A stretch of DNA of 58,913 nucleotides, filler included, from Sphacelaria rigidula (GCA_964200075.2; 8 parts of 8 records of this genome joined end to end with filler, not necessarily neighbours in it); one strand, 5' to 3'; counted from the whole stretch's first letter, positions 22,134 through 35,872 are shown. A program made the numbers and translations. Notes: generated from the sequence alone by a model not told the origin.

Positions 22134-24550
22134 TTCTGTATCTTCCCTGCAATGGAGGGATGGGACTTCAACCTCATATTATGTTTCAACCTCAAAAATT
22201 AGGCCGCCCGCTGCGTTGCTTGACGATATTGGTGAGTAAAGGCCGTGCTGTACTGTTTTTACCACTCCTTTTCCCGACTACGCTGAATCCGATTCTTGCT
22301 TCGCTGTAATCCGGCAGCTTGATCCGTTGCACTATGTAACGATTCGTACCGATACACAAACCGCAGATCCCGCTACGCTCCGATCCTTCACTTATTCTGG
22401 CTACGGGCCATAAGCACGCTGACGTATTCTTTGTTGAAGTAGTAACAGTGAGAAAAAACTTGCATTCCGGATCGGAAGGTCAGAGCAGAAGGGGTATGTT
22501 GAAGGGTAGATTCACGAAATATAGCGTCTTTCAATCATGTTTTGGACTTCGTGCAGCATAAACCAGCTGTTGGGTGTGTTTGACGACTGAAAAGTGGGTT
22601 TTTTAGAGTTAACATCACAGGTTAGGTGAGCAAGTACGATTGAAGACATGAAGAGATACCGAGGTGAAGACCGAAAGATTTTCTGTCTTTACCCCCGCGA
22701 GTCACCCTCTCACGTTCCAGTCCTTAGTTTCTGGTTTGAAAATTGGTTTTGAGTATTTTTTGTGGTATTTTAGTGCAACGGCATCGGGGCGTCACCAGCA
22801 ATATACTAAAGGAAGAATCAAAAGAGCCTATTCTCTCATCTTGGCATATCAGTGCCGGCATCTCTCTTGGATTGTGTTTGGACAAGACGTCCGACCTTCA
22901 TAAAAACAGTTAAACCTATATTTGGGAATAAAGCGAAGACTTCTACCCCGACAGTGGCGATCGACGGTATCATGTGGAGGAGGTTCAGCACGGTCTGCGC
23001 AGCACAGTTCTTCAGTTCGACACTCCGACTACCGACATGTCTGGTAAGAGCGATCGCTCCGTGTGTGACGTCAAAGTTACAAGCAGGGACCGAACAAGAT
23101 CACAACGTGAGGCAGCAGATGAAATGTCACGTGGTACAAACTTGACTGTCGTGGCCAGTTCGAACGTGTCGGATATATCAGAGACAAGAGAAGGACGTAT
23201 TGACGAGTCAGTAGAAAGCGCGTCGGACTCAGAACCGAGGCTTTCAGCAAATTCAGGTATAAACACTGGGGGGGATAGAAGCATTACCGAGAAACTTTCG
23301 GCACTTCGCCCTCATCGGGACAAAGACAGGACAGGCGTACAGAGTAATTCGTTAACATATGATGAAAATAAGTCGCGTCGCGTACCAGATGTAGAATCAG
23401 TGTTTACCCCTGAAGGGGGTCGAAGTCCCACCGATAAATCAACGTCGGCGCTTCACGCCTCCAACACAGACGACATGTAATGTGTTGAGAGCCTGACTGT
23501 AGCAGGGGCGAGTACTCGCATTACAAATGTTGTCGACAGATATGGACAAAAGCGGACCGTAGAAACGCCGTGTGGCCCAGCCTCTGTTGAATTGGACAGT
23601 AATGTGTCCACTGTGTCACGCCATAATATTGAAAGTTCACAACTGCCCAGTGCTGTGTATGACACGCTGGTGGGTAGCAATGTGAGTTCGTCCACCGATG
23701 GAAATCAAATGCTTGCTGGTCTTAGAGTTGAATCACCCGATGATATGAACAACATGCTCGCTGGTAGCAATTTGCAGTCATCCACGAACACGGATGACCT
23801 GATTATGGGTGACCAGGAGAAAACTTGGTGGCGATGCAGAAATGATAGAAGGTACCCAGGCGCCACTGTCAAAATTTCATGATAAGCAGAATGGAAACGA
23901 CGAGCAGAACAGCGAAACATGTTCAGACTCGAGGGAACCTCAGGGTGACTCAGTGGCCCACCTTCACACGTCAAGAGTAGAACAAGGTAGTCGAAGATTG
24001 ACTGCATCGGGAGTAGTTCAACAGGTTGTGATACTCCACAAAACGGAGTCACATCTATGATCGATCCTGTCTGACATTGAAGGTAGCGATGGTAGCATGG
24101 CACGTTCGAGTCAAGAACCGAGGAAATTTATTGGAACGCAGGGGGTAGATGTTGCTTCAGTAAAAGCAGAACAAACGAACCGGACAGATCAGGGTTTTCA
24201 GCCGGTTGGTTGTTTTTCGTTGCCCCCACAACACCGTGAAATGTCACCAGAACCGTTAATGACCATGTGCGCTACCTCCGTTGATGGTAGTGTACATATC
24301 TCTGCAGACACTGATGCTTGCACGATCATTAAGGGTAAATCGCCGAACTCATCGGTGGTCGGACTATCGGGGGTGATGGTTCCAAGCACCACGCGCCCCG
24401 AGGAGGCCCGTTCCGCCAGCCCAGCAAACACGATGACTACTCCGGCTGCGACGGCCATCGAGGTAACGAAACCGTGTATCATGGTGGCAAATGGGTGTGC
24501 ACTTTTTTAAAACACCTCTGTAAGGGTTGACAATCCTCATGCAGTAGTGT

Positions 24551-26100
24551 TTGATGTGGTGGAACATGTCCGTCAACTATTGGACTTTTTGTCGCATGCG
24601 GATGGATGCCGAGTGTTGGGATTTTACGCCCATGAGGGAGGTCGCTGCGCCGGGGAGGGTCTATACCCCCATTCCGTCGGTTCTGACGAGGCCCATGTTG
24701 GCTGATGAAGAAAACAGAGAGGGTAAATCCGTCCTCGGCACAGCGGCTGTAGCTAAAGTTGATAAAAGGCACGCGACTTGCGTTGAGCGGTCAAATCCTG
24801 CAAGTAGTCCATCCACCCTAGACGGTCAGGACACGGACGGGGACGAGACCCTCGCTCGGGTGTTGCATAATGCCGAACTCCGTGCGGCGGCTCGTAGGAG
24901 CAGGCAGTTAGCAGCGACAATAAAGAAGCATGAAGCCCTGGCTAAACGGCTTTCTGAAATTCCAGCTGTTGAGACAGCTCGGGTAGCTAACCCCACTGAG
25001 CCTGTCCCAGGAGTGAAACAGGAGGCTGACAGAGAGTGGCAGGTGGTAGGAAAGACATCGCGGTCACATGCGCAGGCAGTGAAGTCGACCCCCGCTGTAG
25101 CCAGCAAACAAACTCCTGTGTCTTTGCCTCCAATGTTTGCGTTCCCCGAATTGCTGTCTCATACTGCAAGGCGCAAGTTACGTGCGGGCGGATACAAGTT
25201 TCGTGCGGCTAGAGGTGGCGGGAGAACTGGTGGGGGGTCGGAAGGATCTTCAACACGGGGCCGCCGAGGTCACAGTCGGGCGCACCCTCGTGGGAGTGGC
25301 TTTTATAAAACGACAAGGTACGACTCGGAGAAAACTGGTGTCATGGGTTTGTTGGTGAAGTTGACGGTGGAACCGGGAACCACTTTCGCAACTTAGTTAT
25401 CTGAGCTGAGACTGTTAGTGGCCAACGTGCAAAGTGTTGGTCGAGAACTGGCCCCGGGAAATGGCTCCATCCATTCAGCGGTGAAAAATGGCATTGATGA
25501 TCAATTCCCCAATATTAGTTCACAGCCTTTTGCTGGCAGACACCATCACCCTCTCCCTTTTAATGATGTTGAGCAAATGATGAACGCTCTTCGAGATTTT
25601 GACACAAACACCTCGGTGGCTGTAGCATCTAAGCGTTTCGGCACAGGTAGTGTCGGTGGTGTAACAACCAGGGCCAGACACTTTGCCAAAGCGTTGCATA
25701 GCAAACATTTTGGGGGCGTCATCGGCATTGACGAGATGTACCAAGAGGAAGGGACAGAAATGCAGCATGTAAACTCCGTCGATCATTAAAATAACCACCG
25801 TTTCGGGAGAACGGGTAGAGATCCCCCCTTTTATGAACCATTTCACTCTCGTGAAGCAAAAGACGCAGCGCGTAAAGCATTCGGTCCTTTCTGTTTGAAT
25901 TGCGGTAGCTCGGAACACCTTCTGGCCCGAGACTGTCCTCAAGAATTCATGAACAAATCAGGCATTATTCACCATGAAATCGGGGAAGGGTCCCCACAAG
26001 AAATTTCTGAAAAATGGCGACGATGGCAGCACCGCCTGCGTGCGTACCATCGTAATAGAAACAAACCTGGAAGGTGCAACGATGAAACTCGGGCCAGTTC
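24551..26100 (+). pseudogene. gag: gag-like region with zinc knuckle (disrupted)
   Basis: ORFs 24551-25396, 25418-25789 and 25892 onward are separated by stops/frameshifts. The knuckle has CX2CX4HX5C spacing. Confidence 0.65.
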
Positions 26101-27275
26101 ATCGATAGCACTTCAGCCCGTATTAGGTATTGGAGGACCTGACCCTCTCGCAAAAACTGCGAATACTAATGTCGACACTGGGTCTAGTCCGCTCAGTCAA
26201 ACTGGCTCGTCCTTGCATGGGAAGACTACTAGTTGGGGGAACGAGGGAAAAAACGTTCCCATCGGGTAAGAACTGTGGTGCCGATGGAACACTGAAATCC
26301 AACGTAAGGACTGATCATCCGAGGGAAGGAAATTCGAAGGTTGGAAAGACATCACAATCCTGTACAGATCAGAGCGTCAGCCAGTCTGTAGGCATTTTAA
26401 TGCAGACGGGTACAAGTGGAGCCTTAGCGTGGAAATCTTTCAAGATATTTCAGTATGGCCGTCGGAATAGTGCATCGGCTGGGGGTCGCTCCCCTAGTTG
26501 CGCACAAAGTCTAAGCGATATTTTATGTGAAAGTAAAACATCGAGTGCAAAGTCAGGCGACGGAGATGAATCATTCGAACCGTCGGTTGTAGCTAGGGTT
26601 TTGGATGGACCCGATGCGGTTGTACACTCGCAGAGTAAAGAGCACCCAGTAGGAAAAGTAAGCATCCAGGGTGAGGCAGGTGAACCGCGTGATCGAGTTA
26701 GCACTGAACGTAGCCCTCGATACCCATTTGAACCAGGGAACACACGCAGAGATCGTACCGCCGTATGTTCTTCCGCGCGAGACAAAACGACTCGCATCGG
26801 CAGGAACAACAGTAATAGTAGGAACCTGGTTGATCGAAGTGACATTACTCCCGCTGAAACTAAATCTTCGACGACTCGCGGCAAGTCTGCCCGCAGCAGC
26901 CGGGATAATAGTAATGTTCCGGTAGGGAAAGAACCAAATTGTCCCGCCGAGATTTCCACTGTGCATTAAGAGACAAAACGCACCAGTCCGACAATCAGTA
27001 GCATTCAAGTGGGTGAAGGTGAAATTTCTCCGACCAGAGATCACGATGTTCGTAGCTTAACAGCTCACGACAGTCGGGGCAACAGTAATGAGAATCAGGG
27101 GGGATCAAGCTTAGCTGATCCTACTCTCGATCTGGCAACCGTACACGAAAGAGGATCGTCTGACAACGGTAATGATGTGCAGGCATGCATGACTGTTGAT
27201 TTCCCCGATAGAACCGTTTGAGAATCCCAGGATACTTCACGACATACAGATCGTGATGAATCTTCGTGTTACGTA

Positions 27276-29358
27276 GTGCGTAGGGTAGCTGTAGAAAAAG
27301 GTAACGAACCAAGGAGGACCCCAGTAGAAAGCATTTATTTATTGGACCCCAGAACTGGCAGTCGTTTGCCTACCGGGCCAGTCTTCGCCCGCGTACCAGC
27401 GACAACATCTAGTCAGGTAGCGCGAGGAAAGAAAGGTCGTTACTTGGAAGAAATTAGCCAAGTAATGGGAGGGGAAGTGCGTTTGAACCGCAAAGAAAGT
27501 TCGACCTTGGCGCGAATACTTTCTGGCCCAAAGGCAACTAGAACATTGGAGGAAAAGGCTTTGGTGGACACAGGGAGCCCGACGACGTTTATTCATTACT
27601 CAATATGGAAGAAAATGGTTGACGTTGGGGCAGCCACCATTGAAGGCGTCCGAGAGATAGACCCGGTATCCTGGGGTGGTTTTAATGGTGTCCCGTTGTG
27701 TACTTCTTCACAGCTGCGGTTGAATATCAGACTGTGGCCTACAAGACCCAACCCACGAACGTCAGTTCAAAACAGACGAGCATGTTCAGCAATTTATGCC
27801 CATGTAGTACCTGATGGAACAATGAATTATGACATTCTGGTAAGACGTGATGGCCTCGGGTTATTTCCGGTCAGAAGGTATCGTGATGTCAACGAGAAAC
27901 AGTCATGACCTTGCATGGAAACAACAGGGACTCTGTTGATCGTGCCTTTGCGCAACAAGTCCGCGCGGCTGTTGGTTTTGTGGAGCAGAAATCGGCAACA
28001 TCTCAAGTTATGGTAGTATACAATGGGTCTCATGATATGATACGACCGGACACATTGTCCTGGATTCCGGTAAATCTATGTAACATGGACGGAACGCCCA
28101 CCGAAAGTGGCTGTTATTATGTATCTCTCGATCCAGGTTGGTCCCCACATGAGATTACCGTAGAAGCAGGTGAATCCATTATCCCTCTCCGTTTCACCGG
28201 TTTAGAAGGACAGATGTTGCATCCGAACACCACTCTAGGTTCTGCAGGGGCACCTTTGGTACCATGCTCTCTGGAGGACGTTAAGATTTCTGAAACAAAG
28301 AATCTGAAACCCGAGGAGATATTCAAGGTTGGCCAAGATTTAGGGGAACCTGAGGTTATGACAGGTTTGACAAATGAACAAGAACGAGCATTCGAAGATA
28401 TGTGGGTGAAGCTTCCCGTACATATGCGAAAAATAAAGTTTGGATTGGAAGGCGCACATTGGTCAGTTGAGGACATTAAACATTTGGGGGAACTTTTGTG
28501 CAAATATTCACATCGATTTTCGAAGGTCAAGATGGATTCGGGGTATTGCACGGTGGATCCGTTTACGATTGAACTCAAATCGGGGACAAGGCCTGTCAAA
28601 CAGTGCCCATATCGTCACAACCCAGCGGTTCAAAAGAAGGTACAAGTGGAAATTGACCGCATGCTCGCAGCAGGCATTTTACGGAGATCATATTCCAACT
28701 GGAGTAGTCCGCTCGTGGTTGTGAACAAAGCGGATGGGTCCATTCGAATTACGTGCAACTACAAGAAGCTAAATGACTGTACAACAAGTCCGGTGTAACC
28801 CATTCCTATTATTGAGGAACTTTTGGATGGAATAGGGGGTGCCAACATATTTTCATGTTTGGACATCACCTCAGGTTACTTTAATGTGGCTATACATCAA
28901 GACTAAATCCCGATAACGGCGATTTGTACACAGAGTGGTCTCTATGAATGGTTAGTTATGCCGATGGGGTGCAGTGGAAGTCCAGGTTGGTTTCAGGTAA
29001 TCATGGCGACAATATGTGATGGGTTGGAACGATTTCGTCTACATATTGATGATGTGTGTACGTTCAGCGGAACAGGTAGACAACATATAGATGACTTGGA
29101 GGGTCTTTTTCAACGGCTGACCAAGTACACTCAAGCTGGCACCGAAAAAAGCACATGTTGGAATGAAAGAAACAAAATATCTGGGACATCACATATCGGC
29201 TGAGGGAATTCCTCCTGATCAGGACAAGGTGCAGGCTTTAATCAAGATGCCAATGCCAGCCGATGTATCTCAGCTCAGATCGCCTCTGGGAGGATTGGGG
29301 TACTACCATAAATTTATCCCGAGAATGGCTGCGAGACTCAAACCTCTCACGCAATTAA
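27276..29358 (+). pseudogene. pol: pol: retropepsin + reverse transcriptase (inactivated)
   Basis: Motifs DTG; PVKQCPYR..EIDRMLAAGILRRSYSNWSSPLVVVNKADGSIRITCNYKKLN; LDITSGYF; GLYEWLVMPMG; HIDD (for YIDD, 29042-29053); KYLGHHIS; LGGLGYYHKFIP. In-frame TAA at 28796 and 28904, frameshifts at ~27905 and ~29130. Confidence 0.93.
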
Positions 29359-29410
29359 CAGGGTTGCCAGAAAAATGAGAACGTATTTTGAAATGAGAAT
29401 CAACCGCTCC

Positions 29411-29510
29411 NNNNNNNNNNNNNNNNNNNNNNNNNNNNNNNNNNNNNNNNNNNNTTAATTAATTAANNNNNNNNNNNNNNNNNNNNNNNNNNNNNNNNNN
29501 NNNNNNNNNN
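29411..29510. other. Artificial contig linker
   Basis: 44 N + TTAATTAATTAA + 44 N. Confidence 0.98.
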
Positions 29511-29651
29511 AATATTGGCATCTACTGTAGCAGATTCTGTTGCTATCGCAATAGATGCCGTCTATTATCCAGGGTGTGGTGAAATGACGCAAAAATTGCG
29601 TGGGGACCTTTTTCACCAGCGGTAAATTTTTTTCTCTCTATTTCGAGCAAT

Positions 29652-29851
29652 CAGGCCCTGTCTTATCAAGTTGTTTCCGACTCGAAAACATACGGTGGAA
29701 TCGAGTTTGCTCGTACTTGATACGTCTACGGCACTAATGTTCTCAACCATGTCAGAAAATGAATAGAGTGGACGAATCAGGAACGAGCGAATCCGATTGG
29801 ATCGCACGTTTTCGACATGAAAACAATTTGATGAGACACGGCGTCGGGCCT
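29652..29851. repeat. Degenerate hairpin element core
   Basis: TGTCTTATCAAGTTGTTTCC...TCGAAAAC...GCTCGTACTTGATACGTCTAC pairs with GTGGACGAATCAGGAACGAGC...GTTTTCGA..GAAAACAATTTGATGAGACA. Confidence 0.65.
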
Positions 29852-30009
29852 GAAAAATCGTGGATTTGGTTATTCGAACCGGCGATGATTCGTCCGAGTC
29901 GTAAAATCAATAATAGATTTCCGCCCAAAAGCTCAAGGTCGCCTCTGTTTAGTGCAAGAGCGGGAAGAATTTTCCCGGATATTTAAAATGGTGCAAAATT
30001 TTAGTCAGC

Positions 30010-30085
30010 GTGATTTCAACGAGATTCGAAACCACGTCTCGCCAGAAGGTTTTGAGGTTACTAACTGAGCCACCGGGGAGACCGG
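30010..30085 (-). mobile_element. tRNA-derived SINE head (same family as 695-973)
   Basis: CCGGTCTCCCCGGTGGCTCAGTTAGTAACC...GGTTTCGAATCTCG carries an A-box and a B-box. Confidence 0.7.
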
Positions 30086-31295
30086 CTATTGTTTCTGTCA
30101 AGTATTTTCAATTGTTGACAGCACCGCGACTAGTTTAGGCGCCGTGCTCGTCCTTGAAGGATTTTGTTTTAGGGAAAGGCGGGAAAGGCACGGCAGGGGT
30201 GTAATTTATGCGCAAAATACATGGCACGGGCACGTTGCACCTCAACTCCCACCGGCGGGATATTGTCATCTTCTGTTTTTAGAGCTTACGCCACATGAGC
30301 TCAATTCCTTGAAAACATTAGTACTCTCTCTCCGACCCGCGGTCACGGGGTGCAAGGAGCCTATCATCCATGACCATAAAACCAAGAGTTCACAGAGGAT
30401 GCCTTTACGCAAAAACGGTACACGAAAAGAACAAGCCCGCACAAACCGATCGAACTACAAGCAACACACTGCAAGCTGAATATACACCGACGTGCGATCT
30501 AGACGGCCAAATTACCACCAACTGCTGCATATACGTGTAGGGACAGCAAACGCAGGAATCGACATGTCGCAGGCAGCGAGAACCATCCCGTAATAGACCT
30601 AGCAATATTAGAAAAGATACCAGGTTCAAGGGAATGAGGAAATAGCTTTATCACCGAAGGATCAACTCAACTGGCTCAACATCAACATCAAGTGAGTTGA
30701 TCACCCTATTACTAGTTCGGTGTAACTATCCAGAGCTAATACAAGTTCGAGAAACTCATATCTTTCTGCCCAAGAAGCAGAAAATTCGTAATGTATAGGA
30801 AATAGTTGAAAACTAAGGCCGTATAGTACTTAGGACACTCCTGTTCCCCCCCAATCTTGGCCCCAAAATCACCGGGAAGAACTTGATTCGACCACGTTAC
30901 TGAACAGAAGACGACACAACGCCGAAAGAACCGGAGCCCGAGATGAGAAGAAACGATGCCGCTAATAAGTCATAGATGCTGCCGGAAGCTGACATGGATG
31001 ATGCCAGATGTGACGAAGTTCGTCACGTTTCGAGTGTAGGCATCTGGTTTCGCAACGCATCACGGTAGAAAAAAAGTGGGCAAGGGGTAAAGTAAAGGAA
31101 CGTAGGGGCGTGAACAAGCGTGCAAGCTGGAGATTGCAGTGAGGCATGTTGAAAGCAAAAAAATAAGGCTGCCACCGATGGAAGCAAGCATTGAAGGTGG
31201 GAGAGGGGAGGATGAAAATGGGACAATATATGGTCGAGAGGGGGTTGAACGGGGAAAATGAATGCGTAGTTGTGGTACTTACCGTAAACGGTGGT

Positions 31296-31830
31296 TCAGT
31301 TTCCGTCTCCGCTCCTGGTAGCCGTGGGTCGGGTACCCTGTCGGGTAGGATCAGGTTTGCTTGGTGGCGTCACGGGGTCGCCTCCGGTAGGGGAGGGGGA
31401 ATAAGTATTGACTCGCGGTACTTTCCGAGGTGTGGAGTTGTCGTTTCTCGAGACAAACACCTTTTTCTCCTGCAACAAGTGCCGTTGGAAATCCGACAGG
31501 AGCTCGGCACGGGTGTCGTAGAAGCAGTCATGACGCCTTAAACATTCTGGGTCATGATCCCCCGCCGACAGGTCAAACAGTTTTTTTTTCTGGCAGGGGT
31601 GACCCTGCATTCGTAGCAAGGGTGAGAACTGTCCTCGTCCGCTTTGACGAGGGTCTTTGCGCAGATGCGGCCGTCGGCGGGGGCGTATACCTTGTCTGTA
31701 CCGCCGTTGGGGTCGACCATGTGGTGGTATGGAGTGCTGACCCCGATGTCCCCGCCACAAGCAAGGCAGAGGAAGGGAACCTGTTTCTTGGTGCCCTTCG
31801 GGACTGGCTTTATCTCCTGGGATACAGACA
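31296..31830 (-). pseudogene. Cys/His-rich zinc-finger-like coding segment with one frameshift
   Basis: FLCLACGG...ICAK...CYECRVTPARKKNCLTCRRG continues, after a shift at the G5 run 31559-31563, as HDPECLRRHDCFYDTRAELLSDFQRHLLQE. The segment is GC-richer and more codon-like than its flanks. Confidence 0.45.
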
Positions 31831-33992
31831 CGTGGGTAGTGCACACGGAGCGCCTATCGATGTTGAACGAATCGGGAGAAGGACGAAGGGACGGTTGCGG
31901 AAAGTTTAGCGAGGAAAGTACGGAAGGAAACGTAGTTGTACTGTGAGCGAATGCGTGACGAACGGGTGTTGAAAGCAACGATGTCAAGTTGGTGGAAAAG
32001 GAAGGGAGTGGGATAATAGGTTGCTTTCGGTAATCAGGTTACTCCTCGATGAACTTACAGTGGGAAAACCACCGGCTTGTTAGTAACTGTGGCATTCTAT
32101 AAAAGCAAGTACAGCATGTAGGAGTGCGTTGTATTGCGTTAACACAAAGAAGGTGGGAAGTCCTCTTCTAGCGCCCCGTTCCCCATGTGTGTTTAATCGT
32201 GGGCTGAAAATGGGTGATGCCAACTCCTGCGAGAAAGTACACCGAAGACATGCATAAAATGGGCTGGGAACTGGACCAGTTAATACTGTATATCTTCATT
32301 GTAACTGGAGTTAAACTGGAAATGGCTAGGGGAGCGACAATTGTCCAGTTCATCTGGAGGTGTTGTGCCGCTTGTCGTTACCGAGTATTTTTATATCAGT
32401 TTTATTATGTGGACTTTACAACAAAGGAACACTTTATATAATAAAAAGACTGTACCAACGAAGTTCGCGGTCAACAGCAGCACAGGTACCACAAGCTTCG
32501 TTGGTGCCTAGTTGTTCTGCAATTTTTATGTATCGGCGACAGCGGGTCGGTCGACGGTTGGTCAGTCGAATGAGGAAAACGAAGAAATGAAGAAGTGTGA
32601 CTTAGTTATGGTGGGACGCTTGATGCGGAAGTGCCGAATGCCAGACTCCAATTGCCAACTGCATGAAGAGCGTTCTGAACATGATGTAGGACATACCCAC
32701 TACATCTCAAAGTGATGTAGCAGATATGTACCTAATCCGCAAAAAAATAACGGTAACCGGCGATTACAAAATACACAAGCAGACTATTGAACAAGCCGCG
32801 GTGAAAACTTGCGCTCTTGGTCCCAAGGTACTGCCAGCCGTGGCATACTTATTCCGATCTTCAGATCCTCATGGAGAGTGTCCTCTGCTGCATTCTTTGG
32901 TTGGATGATTTTCGAATCGCTCACCACGTTCAAAGACATTTTCGACCAGTACACGCCTATTAGCAGCTCGATGTGAGTGGTCGCATTCTTCACAACTATT
33001 TACGATTTTTGCAGGGATCATGCGTCAAGCCCTGTAATTTGTTCTGCCTCGGGCGGCGCTCCTGCGCGGCACCCCCGACCCGCCTGGAGGGGCGATTAAC
33101 TGGGGAAAAAATCGATGTACTGGCAACTGGCGCGGCTAGTTGTAACCGAACTGAACAGAGCTGATTGTTGACAGCCCTGGAAATAAATCTGCTTTCTCGT
33201 AGGATCAGGGTGTGTTCGGTAGGGTATGAGAGTCTTTATATATCTTAAGAAGTAACGAGTACCGGGATGAAATTCGTACACGGGTCACATAACCTATCGG
33301 GTAAGTAGGTATAGAAGGCTTACAGAGAATCCAGAAGTTGTCGCGTGATGAAAGAAGGTTGGATGGAAAATTCAACACGTACCCGGATGCTTGTATGAGG
33401 GTATAGGGGTAAACCTTGTGTACAGAAAATACAAAACTGTCGGGTAAGGGTTTAGGGGGGTTACAACGGTCACGGAACTATCGTGGACCTGTAGGAGAGT
33501 CTTCCGCAAGTCACAGAACTATCGGATTAGGAAAGCGTTACTGAAATCACAGATCTGTCGAGTAGGGGTATGCAAGTGTTACTGGAGTCATAGAGCTATC
33601 GATTAGGGCAATGAAAGTCGTGCAGAACTCACGACGAATATCGGGTAGGCCAATGAAAGTCTAATAGAAGCTACAGTAGTCAGCGTCAGAAGTATGCAGA
33701 GTTCGTAATTTCTTTCTTTCTCAACAATTTTTCAAATTTGTTTCGCTTGCCACCGCTCATCACAGTGACTGTTGGATACCAAAAATTGGGCATCTGGAAA
33801 TATTTCTATTCCCTTGACAAATATTGAAAGAGGAAATATCGGCGATCAATACTGAGTGGCTTGCGGGCTTGATCGATCTTCGGGGGTCCTGCGAAAGTGC
33901 TACCGCAGGTTCTAGCTTTTCGGTACTTTCGATTGACCGACTCCATCTCGATCATATAAGTGAAGAACTACGCGAAAGCCGGACAACTATAT

Positions 33993-34460
33993 TTCATGGA
34001 CCATTCACGGTCAATAACACCCTCCTGATAAACGGCGCCTTTACTCCGTATCGCCCCCACAACACCAACTTGGGCATTGTGATATGAGCACGGCCTGCTT
34101 ATTTTGCCGAGACTGTCGACCCTAGCACTTTCGAGTGCTCATGGAAAATGCTATTCGACAAAAAAACGAAAAGAGGCCATCCGCAGAAAATGCTTGACTG
34201 AGGTCTGGGCAGTATTGGAGGGAAACACGATCTCGATCGTTATTGTGAAGAATTATATACGTATTAATTCATCTGAATGTTTACCGTTTCGTTGAGGAAT
34301 AGCCGGGAAACTGTTTTATTGGACCAAAAACGGTGAATAACACCCTCCTGATAAACGTGGTATCTAGTCCATAGCGCCCCTTAAACACCAACTTGGGCAC
34401 TGCAGTTTGAGCGCGCCCTACGCTTTCCCCTAAATCTACCGGCGCTAGCACTTTCAGGTA
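33993..34460. repeat. ~145-bp direct repeat, two copies ~323 bp apart
   Basis: ACGGT(C/G)AATAACACCCTCCTGATAAACG...AACACCAACTTGGGCA...CTAGCACTTTC occurs twice. A related motif appears at ~2665-2700, 46280-46320 and 46520-46545. Confidence 0.75.
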
Positions 34461-35872
34461 GTAACGAAGAATAATACTCGAAAAAAGCTCAAGAGTTACA
34501 ACAAGTACGAATTCTGAAAACTTCTGATGCTGACTACTATACAGAACTTTCGGGTGCCGGTATGAAAGTATTACAGAAGCCACCGAACTGTCGGATAGGG
34601 ATAATATCCGCAAAGATACCCCGTGTGTGCAACAAACCGGCCACTATACAAGATAGGGTTGGACACCATAATTCGATTACCTACATCCTGCTAGTTGATA
34701 CCGATGGTGGCGCAGATGAAGGGCCCCCACTTGATCCATTACTCGTGTCTAGGAATGGTGCCCCCCCGACGGTCTGCGTTGCTTTCCATGTTTCGCTTTC
34801 CCCCTCAACTGTACCCCGTAACCCGTCTGTGTATCACACTTGAAAAAATATACTTCGAAAGGTGAATGAATTTGAATACCAGGGGGTTTGATTGATGGAG
34901 GTTGGGGAACAAGTGCGAGTCATCAGAAGATTAAGAGTAGGGATTAAACCAAAAATTTGACCTCCCCCGGACATGTACCCGTACTCTGCCTGCATCGGAT
35001 ATACGCACAAGAGTATACATTGAGCCCGGGTTGGGGTTATGTGAGGCTGACAGACCTTACAGAGTTGTCGACCAGGGGTATGATGAACTTCACAGATCTT
35101 ACAAAACTGGCGGGTACCAGTGAGAAACGTTTTACGAAACGGTTGGGTACCGGTTTGGAAGTTTTACACGATTGACAGGATTGAGCAAAACACAGCAATA
35201 CTAGCCATTTGCCCCGGTCAAGACGCGGGATTTTTTGCCCACATCATGCTCAACAGGTTTAGATTGGTTTTTAACCATAAACCGGATGACACCACACACA
35301 ACCTGTTGACAGTACTGACGGAAGTGGAATGTGTTGTCATCAGTTCTGTACAGGATCAAAATAACAGTGTTTGAAATGAAGGAAAATTCGAACAATGAAG
35401 AACGCAACAAGTCTGAGACGAGGCGAGAGTAGGCTGAGAAGAGGCGAGACAGGAAATGCTGCAAACACAATGGTGTTGCCCATAGTTGTTGTCAACATTG
35501 CGTATCTCTACTGTGCAAGCCGAGTACTAGAGCGAAGCAACAACATAATTTCGGTCATACAAGTTACGAAGTTTCGCTAGCTCATGCGAATACGACTTAC
35601 CCTTACTATATGTGACTACACATTCCACCATTCATTTGTGCACACAGTTCGTTTTTTTACTCTTATGTCGACCTTCCTGCATCTGCGCATTTCTTGAATC
35701 AAACATCGTTACAGTCTCGCCGTTATTCCTGAAACAATCCTAAGCTCACAGCACGTGGGAAAGTCCAACGCAGAACGATACACGCCGGATGTCAGGATGT
35801 TCTCGATCGCAGCTTCAGGTCGATTCGGTTTCTCTTTTCTTTTGGTGGCGTCAACTTGCACTTCAAAATAAG

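Larger units (their letters stand above)
22950..29358 (+). mobile_element. Ty3/gypsy LTR retrotransposon, degenerate internal region (gag-PR-RT), 3'-truncated
   Basis: Collinear intronless plus-strand ORF fragments: zinc knuckle CLNCGSSEHLLARDC (25892-25936), aspartic protease ALVDTGSPTTFI (~27558-27594), and a gypsy-type RT (28590-29358). There are multiple stops and frameshifts. The 5' boundary is approximate and no LTR was delimited. Confidence 0.92.

Noticed and set aside
22134-22950. 5' LTR and PBS of the gypsy element
   Set aside because: There is no second LTR copy to compare and no convincing tRNA-complementary PBS was identified by eye.
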